A stretch of DNA of 64,000 bases from an uncultured Gammaproteobacteria bacterium (GCA_937984095.1 CALJYH010000015.1:7065-71064); one strand, 5' to 3'; counted from the stretch's first letter, positions 19,323 through 30,749 are shown. Notes: generated from the letters alone by a model not told the origin. Program-made: numbers and translations.

Positions 19323-20258
19323 ATGAAAATGCTGGAACCTCTACTTAAGCAGGCAGGTGAGTTACCTTCACTTCCCGAAGTCTATATCAGGGTAACTGAA
19401 CTGCTTGAAACCGAAAGTTCAACCGGCATAAAAATCGGAGAAGCAGTTCAGTCCGATCCTGCGCTAACCGCCAGAATCCTAAAATTGATCAATAGCGCCT
19501 ACTACGGATTACAAAATCCAGTTACCTCCATTCCCCAGGCTGTGACTTTGCTGGGTCGTCAACAGTTACGACAAGTCCTGGTGGGTTCTGTATTAGCCGG
19601 CGTATTTAAAGATTTTGATATCACCGAGTTTCCGCTAAGGGACTTTTGGCAACATAGTATAAAAACCGCAATTATCGGCAGGCAACTGGCGATGCAAAAT
19701 GCATGTGTCATCGATCACGAGGCTTTCTTCACGGCCGGGCTATTGCACGATATCGGATGGTTGGTAATCGCCAAGGTAAATCCAGGCTCTTATATCCAAA
19801 TTGCCGAACTTGCAAAAACAGAGAACAAGGATGTCATCCAGGTCGAAACTGAAAAACTGGGGGTTTCGCATATCGATGTCGGGGTTGCATTATTAGATAA
19901 ATGGGGCATTCCAGGACTGATTACCCAATGCGTCAAAAGACATCACGATACCGATCACAATGGGCAAATAGCCGTCGAAACCAGCATTGTATTCCTGGCG
20001 AATAAGTTGAGCCGGCTCGATCTGAGCAATATCGATGAAGACGAAGATGAAGAGGAAGACGATATGGTTGCGGATATCCTGTCGACAATACCGAACTGGG
20101 AAAAATCGAAGTGCACATTGGAGCAAATCACCATTGCCTGCCGCCTTGCCGACGAACAATGGCTGGAGGTCATGGAGTCACTGGGAATGGTTGACCTGGA
20201 TATCGACGAAGATTTAGAGGAAACCTACCTGTTCAATACCGATATGGAAAGACTGTAA
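19323..20258 (+). CDS. HDOD-domain signalling protein
   Basis: LPSLPEVYIRVTELL…VQSDPALTARILKLINSAYYGLQNPVTSIPQAVTLLG and GLLHDIGWLVIAK are HDOD signatures. Contains an acidic insert NIDEDEDEEEDDM. RBS AAAGGA. Confidence 0.75.
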   Translation: MKMLEPLLKQAGELPSLPEVYIRVTELLETESSTGIKIGEAVQSDPALTARILKLINSAYYGLQNPVTSIPQAVTLLGRQQLRQVLVGSVLAGVFKDFDITEFPLRDFWQHSIKTAIIGRQLAMQNACVIDHEAFFTAGLLHDIGWLVIAKVNPGSYIQIAELAKTENKDVIQVETEKLGVSHIDVGVALLDKWGIPGLITQCVKRHHDTDHNGQIAVETSIVFLANKLSRLDLSNIDEDEDEEEDDMVADILSTIPNWEKSKCTLEQITIACRLADEQWLEVMESLGMVDLDIDEDLEETYLFNTDMERL

Positions 20259-20638
20259 AAAGATTGGTGTAACTGATTATTATTCCCCACCACGTAATCG
20301 GGTAATAAGAAAAATTCCCCAGCCTTTGCCAGCAAACCTCCTAAAACATCATGAAAAAATGGTGCTTTTTAGCCCCTACAGTCGGACAAAATAACCACCT
20401 GGCTAGCATTAACTTCTGATTAAGGACGTTAAAGTAGGGCATCCCACTGCTGACTTTCTCATAGAAAATTTCAGTAGGAAACGATCCCGAAGTAACAAAT
20501 TAAGCGATTCAATATTTAACCCATACAGGGGATGTAGTTGTTTTAGCGGATTGCTATCATTTTACAGGTATTAATGCGGATGCGCTGTATTGAAATTGGG
20601 ACCTTAGTTAGGTGATTCAATTTTGGCAGAATCAAATA

Positions 20639-20875
20639 ATGATGAGCAACGAAATAACATTTCCGGAAATAGGAAAAACCGATAACACTGATGCTACTGA
20701 CAATAGCTTGATTACTGATTTTACCCAGGTAGTTAGCTGTGTGGTCGGTAAAGATCGGGCCGAACGTAGACAGCAGAAAATACGAGATGAACTTGTTCGC
20801 CAATACTTTGGTACTGATCGCAGTCAAGTTTCCTCTTTAAAGTCCTCGTTTAAAAAACTATTCGGGCTTAATTAG
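20639..20875 (+). CDS. Possible small hypothetical protein (~78 aa)
   Basis: Only ORF in an 870-bp AT-rich spacer. No recognisable family. Could be non-coding. Confidence 0.2.
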   Translation: MMSNEITFPEIGKTDNTDATDNSLITDFTQVVSCVVGKDRAERRQQKIRDELVRQYFGTDRSQVSSLKSSFKKLFGLN

Positions 20876-21125
20876 TTAACCGGGTCTAATCCTGGGCCAT
20901 TAAATTTTATTCCATTCCACCCTCCCCGGCCAAAAGCACTGCAGACTTGCTTATTGCTTAAACATTTCTATCCCGCATGCAGAGATTGATTGCGGGTTGC
21001 CACTAACAGAAAACGGTCGTTAGCAAATTCCCGCTAATAGATCGTGAATCAATAATTGACAAAAAATCCACCACCACGGAGAGTGTCTCCAGATAGATTT
21101 CGGCAGAAGTTTTTGGAGATATCAC

Positions 21126-22130
21126 ATGCGCGCTTATGAAATAGTATCAGACGGCGGTGTCGATGCACTTGCCCTTAGCGAGAGGCAATCGCCGCAACCG
21201 GGGACAGGTGAAATACTTGTTAGCCTGCGTGCCTCATCAATAAATTATCGCGATCTCTCGACAATAGAAGACCCTATTCCGCGAGGTATCGAGTTCCCGC
21301 GGATCCCGAATTCTGACGGTGCTGGTGAGGTTATCGGTGTCGGAGCAGGGGTATCCAGGTTTGAAATCGGAGACCGGGTTGCTGGCTGTTTCTTCCAGAA
21401 CTGGTCTGATGGTCGAATATCAGCGGAAGCCATGGCAAGTGCAATGGGCGGTACCGTCGACGGTGTCCTCGCCGAACAGATAGTATTAAGCGAGGCTGGT
21501 GCAGTGCATTTTCCAGCCCATATGTCTTTTGAAGAAGCGTCGACGCTTCCTTGTGCCGGGTTGACGGCCTGGAACTGCCTGGTTGAACAAGGTGGCCTTA
21601 AGGCCGGCAATACGGCACTATTTCTCGGCACTGGTGGCGTATCAATAGTCGGTTTGCAGATTGCAAAAATGATGGGTGCGCGGGCAATAATTACTTCATC
21701 CAGTGATGAAAAATTGAAGCGAGCTAAAGATCTTGGCGCAGATGAATTGATCAACTATCGACAGAATCCTGATTGGGAAGCCCAAGTTCTCGAAATGACC
21801 AATGGCACCGGCGTCGATGTGACCCTTGAAACCGGGGGTGGCGGGACCCTAGAAAAGACAATGGAGGCTACCCGGATTGGCGGTACTATCAGTTTGATCG
21901 GAGTTCTGACAGCCGGCGCGATTAATCCCACTACGGTGATGCGGAAATCAATTCGCCTGCAAGGCGTCTACGTTGGCAACCGGCGGATGTTCGAAGACAT
22001 GAACGCAGCATTCGCCCTGAACCAGATACACCCGGTTATTGATCGGGTTTTTGATTTTGATGAGGCACGTTCTGCCTATCACGCAATGCGTGCAGCAGGG
22101 CATTTCGGAAAACTGGTAGTAAAGGTTTAA
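21126..22130 (+). CDS. Zinc-type alcohol dehydrogenase / NADPH:quinone oxidoreductase family (MDR)
   Basis: MDR fold with nucleotide-binding GTGGVSIVGLQIAKMMGA and a C-terminal …HFGKLVVKV. 334 aa. Confidence 0.85.
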   Translation: MRAYEIVSDGGVDALALSERQSPQPGTGEILVSLRASSINYRDLSTIEDPIPRGIEFPRIPNSDGAGEVIGVGAGVSRFEIGDRVAGCFFQNWSDGRISAEAMASAMGGTVDGVLAEQIVLSEAGAVHFPAHMSFEEASTLPCAGLTAWNCLVEQGGLKAGNTALFLGTGGVSIVGLQIAKMMGARAIITSSSDEKLKRAKDLGADELINYRQNPDWEAQVLEMTNGTGVDVTLETGGGGTLEKTMEATRIGGTISLIGVLTAGAINPTTVMRKSIRLQGVYVGNRRMFEDMNAAFALNQIHPVIDRVFDFDEARSAYHAMRAAGHFGKLVVKV

Positions 22131-22436
22131 GCATCCCGGGTGCAATTTTTGAGTCCGAGCTCATCCGGTTTTAACTAGCAACCTCGTAAAACCTTCGATT
22201 TTGAGATAGTGGCAGAGAGATTTATCGCATCTGTTGCATCGACCGGTTGAGATGGCAGCCGAACTAAACAATATTCCGATAAAACCTGGTTTTAATCCGA
22301 TACTTCTGGGGTTTCAAGAAACAAACCATGTTCTAAATCCCCGCATACTGGTTAAAATATGTGAATTGAACCGATTCGCGGCCATGTTTACGAGGACAAT
22401 ACGCTAGTGCCCCACTCTACTTACCTGCCCGAAAAG

Positions 22437-24650
22437 ATGGGTTCGGCAACAGTCGAGCCGACTGGTCGTTTTGAAGCTGGCTCGTTTCAGGAATTCACGC
22501 TCACTTATACCGCGGGTTATTTCGGAATCGACGATACCGGATCCCTAAAAATTGTGCATCGTTTTGCGTCAGACATGGGCAAACCACAGTTTGACAAGCC
22601 CGACGGTACCAATTATGTCACTGCCGAAGCCACCAACGGGGCCGTTTTACATATCGAGTACGATATGAAGCGAAACATCCGTCCCTGGGATAAAACGCTT
22701 TACATCAAGGTAGTAAGGGGATTCCTGCGCGAGGGTGATCAGATCATTGTGCGTTTCGGTGATCGACGCGAAGGCTCACCCGGCATGCGTATCCAGACCT
22801 TTTGTGAAAAAACCTTCGAATTCAAGGTGCTGGTCGACGCAATAGCAACTTACAACTATGTTGAACTGCCACATCAGCCCGAGATCGAGATCGTGCCTGG
22901 TCCACCGGTCCTCTATAAAGCGATATTACCGACGATGCAGCAACAACAGAAAAGTTTTCGGCTTTGTCTCAAGGGCGAAGACCGCTGGGGTAATCCCTCG
23001 AATCTTTGTGACCTGGAACTGAGGTTACGCGCCAACATAATCGTCCAGGGACTGCCTGAATCGATCACGCTTGAAAAAGGGAAATTCACTCGAATCATCG
23101 AAGACCTGAGTGTTGCCGAGGCTGGAGATTTGATCATCGAGTTGATCGATAGCGATGATAACTTGCTCGCCAGGTCGAATCCCTGTCGATTTATCGCTGA
23201 TTCCGATTTACTACCCTACTGGGGTGACCTGCATGGCCAGTCGGAAGAAACCATCGGTACCAATTCGGCGCGCGATTTCTACGAGTTTGCGCGCGACAAG
23301 GCATTCCTCGATATTTGCGTGCACCAGGGGAATGACTTTCAAATTACCAATGAATTCTGGCGATGGCTTAACGAACTCTCCGCGGAATTTACCGTGGATG
23401 GGCGTTTCATCGTGTTTCCCGGCTGGGAATGGTCGGGCAATACCGGGCTCGGGGGCGACAGGAATGTACTGCACATGCACGAAGGCCGACAGATACATCG
23501 GTCCTCGCATGCGCTGGTCGATGATTTGTCCGATGTCGAAAGCGATGCAACTTCGGCTGGCGATTTATTCGAGGCGTTAAAAGACGAAGACTGCACCGTG
23601 TTCGCACATATCGGCGGACGTTATGCCGATATCAAGGTTGCCCACGACCAGCGCATCGAAAAAGGCGTCGAAGTACATTCGGCCTGGGGTACCTTCGAAT
23701 GGCTGATTCAAGACGCTTTTGAGCAGGGTTACCGCGTCGGTATCCTTTCTAACTCCGATGGGCACAAGGGCCGCCCCGGCGCATCTCACCCGGGCTCTAC
23801 CAGTTTTGGCGCCTACGGCGGGCTGACCTGTGTGCTGGCACCCGACTTTACCCGCGCGGGTATAATGCAAGGCTTACGTAAACGGCATCATTACGGCACT
23901 ACTGGCAGTCGAGTCATTCTCGACACTCGGATTGAGTTCGCCCAGCAGGCCGAACTCTTCTCCGATGATCCGAGGCTGGGTGACGTCAGCTCTGAAATGG
24001 TGCGCGAGGCGATGATGGGTGACATCCTGAAAACATCAGAGGACAGCGTAAAGTTTAAAATTGACGTTCACAGCACAGCACCCATCGAGCGCATCGATAT
24101 CCGTAACGGGCTCGATACGCTGGAAGTATTTCGACCCTATACCGAGGCCGAGCTCGGACGTCGCATCCGTGTCATCTGGGAGGGCTCCGAGTATCGCGGC
24201 CGCGGTCGCGAAACCATCTGGGACGGTCATGCGGAACTGAGCGGTAACATCTTTGAGTCGGTAACGCCGATCAATCGTTACAATCTGGATCGACGCTTTG
24301 AAAAGACCGCTGCCGATCGCGTTGAATGGAGCGCGCTCACAACAGGTGGATTCGGTGGCTTTGAGGCGATATTACAAGAACGAGATTCAGGTACATTGCA
24401 CATCGATACCGCTCTGATCCAGCAGGAGATCGAGATTAGAGATATTGGACGAGATGAATTAATTTTTGCTAACGGCGGCATCGAGCGTCGGATACGGGTG
24501 TTCCGGTTACCCGATAATAACCCGCATAGCGCGATCAAAATCGAACGCAATATCGAATTGGTAACGCGACGCGACAATCCACTTTATGTCCGGGTAACGC
24601 ATGAGGATGGTCACTACACCTGGTCCAGTCCGATTTACCTGATTCGTTAA
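22437..24650 (+). CDS. Large His-rich hypothetical protein (possibly DUF3604-like metal-dependent hydrolase)
   Basis: 738 aa from ATG 22437 (the track starts at GTG 22407). No signal peptide or TM. His-containing segments YWGDLHGQSEE, NVLHMHEGRQIH and LSNSDGHKGRPGASHPG suggest a metal-binding phosphoesterase-like fold. The family assignment is tentative. Confidence 0.5.
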   Translation: MGSATVEPTGRFEAGSFQEFTLTYTAGYFGIDDTGSLKIVHRFASDMGKPQFDKPDGTNYVTAEATNGAVLHIEYDMKRNIRPWDKTLYIKVVRGFLREGDQIIVRFGDRREGSPGMRIQTFCEKTFEFKVLVDAIATYNYVELPHQPEIEIVPGPPVLYKAILPTMQQQQKSFRLCLKGEDRWGNPSNLCDLELRLRANIIVQGLPESITLEKGKFTRIIEDLSVAEAGDLIIELIDSDDNLLARSNPCRFIADSDLLPYWGDLHGQSEETIGTNSARDFYEFARDKAFLDICVHQGNDFQITNEFWRWLNELSAEFTVDGRFIVFPGWEWSGNTGLGGDRNVLHMHEGRQIHRSSHALVDDLSDVESDATSAGDLFEALKDEDCTVFAHIGGRYADIKVAHDQRIEKGVEVHSAWGTFEWLIQDAFEQGYRVGILSNSDGHKGRPGASHPGSTSFGAYGGLTCVLAPDFTRAGIMQGLRKRHHYGTTGSRVILDTRIEFAQQAELFSDDPRLGDVSSEMVREAMMGDILKTSEDSVKFKIDVHSTAPIERIDIRNGLDTLEVFRPYTEAELGRRIRVIWEGSEYRGRGRETIWDGHAELSGNIFESVTPINRYNLDRRFEKTAADRVEWSALTTGGFGGFEAILQERDSGTLHIDTALIQQEIEIRDIGRDELIFANGGIERRIRVFRLPDNNPHSAIKIERNIELVTRRDNPLYVRVTHEDGHYTWSSPIYLIR

Positions 24651-24811
24651 CGATGATTGACCGCAGTATCTCGTCCCAGACCAGGCAAAAGAGTTTGTTT
24701 TACATTGATTAAGCTGTCTCCCCAGCTGTTGTGGCATTAAATCGGGAGAACCCGTGTTATTGACGTTATTTGTGCTATTTTTAATAGGTTCCAAACCACT
24801 AATTTTAATAA

Positions 24812-25525
24812 ATGGCCGAAGTCAACGTTGAATCAATCGAAATCGATCTGGAGCCTTGCGAGGACTTAACCACTACTAATTTCTCGGATAACGAGCAGAT
24901 TCCTGTCGAACATATCAACTTTGAGCTCGAGCAGGTCAACAAGCTACATGGCGCAAATCGTCACTTCACAATATTCAACGACACCCACCTTTACCAGTCG
25001 ATCAAAATCAAGCATCAGCGCAAGTACAAGTTCCGTATCGATCTCGCATACCTGGATCCGCGACCCTTTAGAACCCGGGTCAAGGCCTGGAAATGGTTGT
25101 ACTTATGCCTGGCATTGCTAGGACTCGATGCGGCGTTGATTTTTTCAGGTTGGCTCGATACATTTTCGATCATTTTTTTCGGCGCCTTCACGGCGATTAC
25201 GGTAGTTGCAATCATGTGCCTGCTGGCATTTTTCTACTATTCGCATGACAAGGTATTTTTCCGTACCCAGTACGGCAAAATAAAACTGGTCGAGCTCATC
25301 AACAAGAATCCCGATAACGACAGTTTTCGCAGTTTTATCAATAAATTCATCATGCAGATCAATAAGAGCAAAACTGCCAAGGGGTTAAACCAGAACAAAT
25401 TCCTGGCGGGAGAATTGCGCGAACTGCGGCGCTTGAAGGACGAAACCATAATCCCTGCCGGATCTTACGAAAAAGCCAAGCAACTGATCTTCAAGCACGA
25501 AGCTTTTAACGCCGCCGATCAATAA
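24812..25525 (+). CDS. Hypothetical membrane protein (2 TM helices)
   Basis: Acidic N-terminus, then two hydrophobic helices (WLYLCLALLGLDAALIFSGWL and FFGAFTAITVVAIMCLLAFFYY), then a basic C-terminal half. No recognisable family. Confidence 0.45.
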   Translation: MAEVNVESIEIDLEPCEDLTTTNFSDNEQIPVEHINFELEQVNKLHGANRHFTIFNDTHLYQSIKIKHQRKYKFRIDLAYLDPRPFRTRVKAWKWLYLCLALLGLDAALIFSGWLDTFSIIFFGAFTAITVVAIMCLLAFFYYSHDKVFFRTQYGKIKLVELINKNPDNDSFRSFINKFIMQINKSKTAKGLNQNKFLAGELRELRRLKDETIIPAGSYEKAKQLIFKHEAFNAADQ

Positions 25526-25533
25526 ACGCCTGA

Positions 25534-26982
<1,449 letters not shown>

Positions 26983-26988
26983 TTCACC

Positions 26989-28149
26989 ATGTGGCAACTA
27001 CAGGATTTTGACAGCGCAGAATTCATCAGTCGCTACTGGCAAAAGCAGCCCTGTGTATTGCGTAACGCATTTTTAAACCTGGAAGAAATGCTGGAACAGT
27101 TGGTGACCCCAGAGGAACTCGCCGGGCTTGCCTGTGAAGAAGATGTTCATGCTCGCCTGGTCATTGAAAAGGACGGTACCAGTCCCTGGCAACTGCGCTA
27201 TGGCCCCTTTGAAGAGCAAGATTTTCTGAATCTGCCAGAAACAAACTACTCATTACTGGTATCGGAATGCGAGAAATGGTTTCCAGAGCTGACCGATCTG
27301 CTCGACCAGTTCCGTTTTATTCCCGACTGGCGCATCGATGATTTGATGATCAGTTATGCCCCGGCCCATGGATCGGTAGGCCCTCATGTCGACGAATACG
27401 ACGTTTTTCTATTGCAGGCAATGGGATCGCGGCGCTGGCTATTCTGCGATACACCTGGCGAGCAATCTCAATTGATTCCCGACCTCGAATTGGCAATTCT
27501 GCAGGAATTTGAACCAGACCAGGATGTCGTCTTAAATCCCGGTGACATGCTCTACCTGCCGCCTGGAATTGCACATCATGGTATCGCGCTCGAGCACTGC
27601 ATGACCTATTCGATCGGGTTTCGTGCACCCACCTCGAGCAGCATGTTGGAAGCCTTTGCCCTGGAAACAGAACATCTGGGTATCGGCCTCCAGCGCTATC
27701 GTGATGCCAATCTTGAACTCGGTCGCCATCACGCAGAAATTACCGACGCCGAAATTGATCGTTTACGAACCCTTGCTAGCGAGCTATTACAACAATCAAA
27801 CCAGGTATGGCAGGATGCCGTCGGGAAAATGCTCTCCGATAGTGCGGTTGCGCTACCGCCTGATGACGATCAACCGGTTTACGTGTCTGACTTACTATCC
27901 TGTGCCTGGTTACGGCATCCGGAAACACGCATGTTTTATCATCAGTCCGAACAAACGATCTCTTTTTACTATAATGGAAGGGTTAGTGTACTACCGCGTA
28001 GCGATGAAATGCTCGATCGGCTGCAGCAATTATGCACAAACCGGGAATGGTCGGTCTCGCTGATCAATGAATGCCTCGAAATCGAGTCTATGGAGGCCCT
28101 GCTGATCGAGCTTGCATCGAACCATGCAATCATACCAATTAACGACTAA
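26989..28149 (+). CDS. roxA: JmjC/cupin-family ribosomal protein L16 Arg hydroxylase (YcfD/RoxA-like)
   Basis: Fe(II)/2OG cupin HxD…H pattern (GPHVDEYDVF…HHGIALE). About 380 aa, as in E. coli YcfD. 6 nt after purB. Confidence 0.7.
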   Translation: MWQLQDFDSAEFISRYWQKQPCVLRNAFLNLEEMLEQLVTPEELAGLACEEDVHARLVIEKDGTSPWQLRYGPFEEQDFLNLPETNYSLLVSECEKWFPELTDLLDQFRFIPDWRIDDLMISYAPAHGSVGPHVDEYDVFLLQAMGSRRWLFCDTPGEQSQLIPDLELAILQEFEPDQDVVLNPGDMLYLPPGIAHHGIALEHCMTYSIGFRAPTSSSMLEAFALETEHLGIGLQRYRDANLELGRHHAEITDAEIDRLRTLASELLQQSNQVWQDAVGKMLSDSAVALPPDDDQPVYVSDLLSCAWLRHPETRMFYHQSEQTISFYYNGRVSVLPRSDEMLDRLQQLCTNREWSVSLINECLEIESMEALLIELASNHAIIPIND

Positions 28150-28173
28150 ATATATATTTAAATTCAATAAGTT

Positions 28174-28662
28174 ATGAGTGAAAGTTCAAGCATATTATTA
28201 GATGGTCGTCAAGACTGCCAGGAAGCGGCGAAAATCCTTATTCTCGGATCTGTTGGGCGTGTCTACCTGGTCACCCAGCGACTCGAATCCGAGCTCTATA
28301 ATGACGTGGAGATTTACGATCACCTGTCACACCTGGCCACCAACAATCGCCATACCGATATCCGTATCATTACCCATGATACCCGCGTCGCGGGTAACCA
28401 GGGCCATTACCTGATTCAACTCGCACAAAGGTTACCCACGTTTGCCCAGATTCGCACCACCGTTACCCAGGCACACCGGAACTTCAGGGAAAGCTGGCTC
28501 ATTGCCGATGACGGCGCCTATATGCGTATTCGCAATCCCGAACGCTATGAAGGCTACTACGAGATCGACAATAAGCTTGAATGCAGGACCTACTACGATG
28601 ATTTCATGGACATGTGGGAAACCTGTGAGCAGGACCAGAACACTCGACGGCTTAGTCTCTGA
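28174..28662 (+). CDS. Hypothetical protein (162 aa)
   Basis: Compact ORF with good codon usage directly after roxA. No recognisable motif. Confidence 0.4.
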   Translation: MSESSSILLDGRQDCQEAAKILILGSVGRVYLVTQRLESELYNDVEIYDHLSHLATNNRHTDIRIITHDTRVAGNQGHYLIQLAQRLPTFAQIRTTVTQAHRNFRESWLIADDGAYMRIRNPERYEGYYEIDNKLECRTYYDDFMDMWETCEQDQNTRRLSL

Positions 28663-28673
28663 ATAATGCCGGG

Positions 28674-29651
28674 CTAATCAATGGCAAAGCCCTTTTTCGC
28701 CAGCCATTCACGGTTAAACAGACTCGATCGATACTTGCCGCCGCCGTCACATAGCACGGTCACAATGGTGTGTCCCGGACCGAGCTTGCGGGCGACTTCA
28801 ATCGCACCGCAAACATTGACACCGGTACTCGAGCCAAAAAACCAACCTTCTTCACGCAGCAATCGATAGACCATGCTAACGGCATCCTGATCGGTGATCT
28901 GTAACGCCCAATCGATTCTGGCACCGGCCAAGTTGTCGGTGATGCGACTGTTCCCTATGCCCTCGGTAATGGACGTTCCATCACTCATGGTTACTGTACC
29001 GGTTGTAACAAAGTTATAGAGCGCACTGCCTATGCAGTCGAGCAGTATCAGCTGGATATCTTCTCTCTTTTGCTTGAGATACTTTGATACCCCCGCGATG
29101 GTGCCACCGGTGCCGACCGCGCAGACGAAGGCATCCACCCTGCCCTCGGTCTGTTTCCATATTTCGGGCCCGGTCGACTCGTAATGGGCGAGTCGGTTAG
29201 CAGTGTTGTCAAACTGGTTTACCCAAACCGCCGTATCGAGCGACTCGGCGTAACGTTTGGCCTGCTTCTGGTAGTTCATCTCGTTAGCGTAAGGTACCGT
29301 GGGAACCACGCGCACTTCGGCTCCGAGCGTTTCCAGGATATCGACCTTTTCCCGGGACTGGTTGTCAGGCATATAGATGAGGCTGGAATAACCACGAGCG
29401 TTGCAGATATGCGCAAGACCGATACCGGTATTGCCGGCCGTACCCTCAACTATGGTAGCGCCTGGTTGTAATCTGCCAATGCGCTCGGCTTCTCGGATCA
29501 TCCACCAGGCGGCGCGATCCTTGACCGACCCACCGGGATTCATGAATTCTGCCTTGCCCAGAATCTCGCAACCGGTCGCCTCCGAGGCCGCTTGTAAACG
29601 AATAAGCGGCGTATTACCTATCGCTTCGACAAAGCCGTCACACACACCCAT
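28674..29651 (-). CDS. PLP-dependent cysteine synthase / cystathionine beta-synthase family enzyme
   Basis: GNTPLIRL…NPGGSVKDRAAWWMIREAE PLP-lysine region, nucleotide-like loop GTAGNTGIGLA, SSTG motif. Start taken at MGVCDG (29651). The track ORF's 68-aa N-terminal extension has no homology character. Confidence 0.8.
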   Translation of the reverse strand: MGVCDGFVEAIGNTPLIRLQAASEATGCEILGKAEFMNPGGSVKDRAAWWMIREAERIGRLQPGATIVEGTAGNTGIGLAHICNARGYSSLIYMPDNQSREKVDILETLGAEVRVVPTVPYANEMNYQKQAKRYAESLDTAVWVNQFDNTANRLAHYESTGPEIWKQTEGRVDAFVCAVGTGGTIAGVSKYLKQKREDIQLILLDCIGSALYNFVTTGTVTMSDGTSITEGIGNSRITDNLAGARIDWALQITDQDAVSMVYRLLREEGWFFGSSTGVNVCGAIEVARKLGPGHTIVTVLCDGGGKYRSSLFNREWLAKKGFAID

Positions 29652-29721
29652 GGGCTTTTCCGTTCCATCACAGTTAAGGCAGCATAAACATTTACGGTTT
29701 ACTTGCCCAGTTGTCGTCCGT

Positions 29722-30738
29722 TTAATATTCGACCGGGGTCGGCCTGGGTAGCGGTAGCCCGAGCTCCAATATAACCTGGCGCAGGCGGTCGGGGTAGTCG
29801 GTGATAATACCATCGACTCCCATTGCGATAAGTTCACGCATACGTCCGGTTTCATTCACAGTCCAGACGTTTACCGATAAACCGAGTTGATGCGCAAGAT
29901 CTATGGCATCGGCGTCGACTTCCTTGTGGTAGGAGGACCAGATGTCACCCCCGGCAGCCTTGATAGCACGGACAGCACTCCCGTTGAAATCATCCACATC
30001 AAGTCCGTTTAACCATGGCGATGGCCCCGGAATACTTGTTTGCAGATTACTCAGCCAGCTCTGGTTGGCGGTCAGATAAGAGGTTGTGATTTCAGGCGCC
30101 AAATCCTGGATTTCCTGCAGTGCACGCCAGTCAAACGATTGCAGCATAATGCGGTCTTCCATTTTGTATCCGCGTACCACATCGATAACCGCTCGAGCAA
30201 ACTTTTTCGGGGGCCATGTCAGATCCGGCCTTTCGGGATAGATCTTTATCTCGATATTAAATCGCACCGCTTGATTGCCGGACTTGTTAACGAGATCGAA
30301 TACTTCACCTAATGTCGGCACCGATGTGCCATCAACGGCCTGTTGCCCGGGATAATGCTGCGCGTACTTGCTACCTGGATTCAGGCGCCCGACATCATAG
30401 GTTTTTACCTTTGCCAAGGTCATCGAATGAATACTGGGGCTACTCTGCTGCAACCATTCTCCTTTGCCATTTCGTGTAAGCTCCGGCTCGAACCGCGGAT
30501 TATGCATAACCACAACCTCTGAATCCCCGGTGAGCGCGAGATCCAGCTCAAGGGTAGTCACGCCAATAGCGAGCGCTTTCGCAAATCCGGGTAGAGTATT
30601 CTCCGGCATCAAGCCGCGCGCACCTCTATGCCCCTGCAGGTCGAAGCCCTGGGCGGCGCTCGTTATTCCAATCAATACCATAACGAAGCCGCCTTTTGCG
30701 ACATTTACAAACCAGTTTCCATTTCGAATTAACACCAT
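29722..30738 (-). CDS. glpQ: Glycerophosphodiester phosphodiesterase (GlpQ/UgpQ family), probably secreted
   Basis: GDPD motif HRGARGLMPENTLPGF…ELDLALTGD, a hydrophobic N-terminus, and a C-terminal WTVNE motif. Confidence 0.8.
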   Translation of the reverse strand: MVLIRNGNWFVNVAKGGFVMVLIGITSAAQGFDLQGHRGARGLMPENTLPGFAKALAIGVTTLELDLALTGDSEVVVMHNPRFEPELTRNGKGEWLQQSSPSIHSMTLAKVKTYDVGRLNPGSKYAQHYPGQQAVDGTSVPTLGEVFDLVNKSGNQAVRFNIEIKIYPERPDLTWPPKKFARAVIDVVRGYKMEDRIMLQSFDWRALQEIQDLAPEITTSYLTANQSWLSNLQTSIPGPSPWLNGLDVDDFNGSAVRAIKAAGGDIWSSYHKEVDADAIDLAHQLGLSVNVWTVNETGRMRELIAMGVDGIITDYPDRLRQVILELGLPLPRPTPVEY

Positions 30739-30749
30739 TAGCCCCGGTA

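Noticed and set aside
20029-20067. GAAGA(C/T)GA(A/T)-type repetitive DNA
   Set aside because: It is in-frame coding sequence for the poly-acidic insert (DEDEDEEEDDM) of the second HDOD protein, not a repeat element or CRISPR-like array.
28674-29855. Long N-terminal extension (68 codons) on the cysK/CBS-family ORF, including a Cys-rich stretch CLCCLNCDG
   Set aside because: The homology-bearing part begins at MGVCDG…GNTPLIRL. The extension has no family character and would overlap the terminator region of the neighbouring gene, so it is most likely an ORF-caller artefact.
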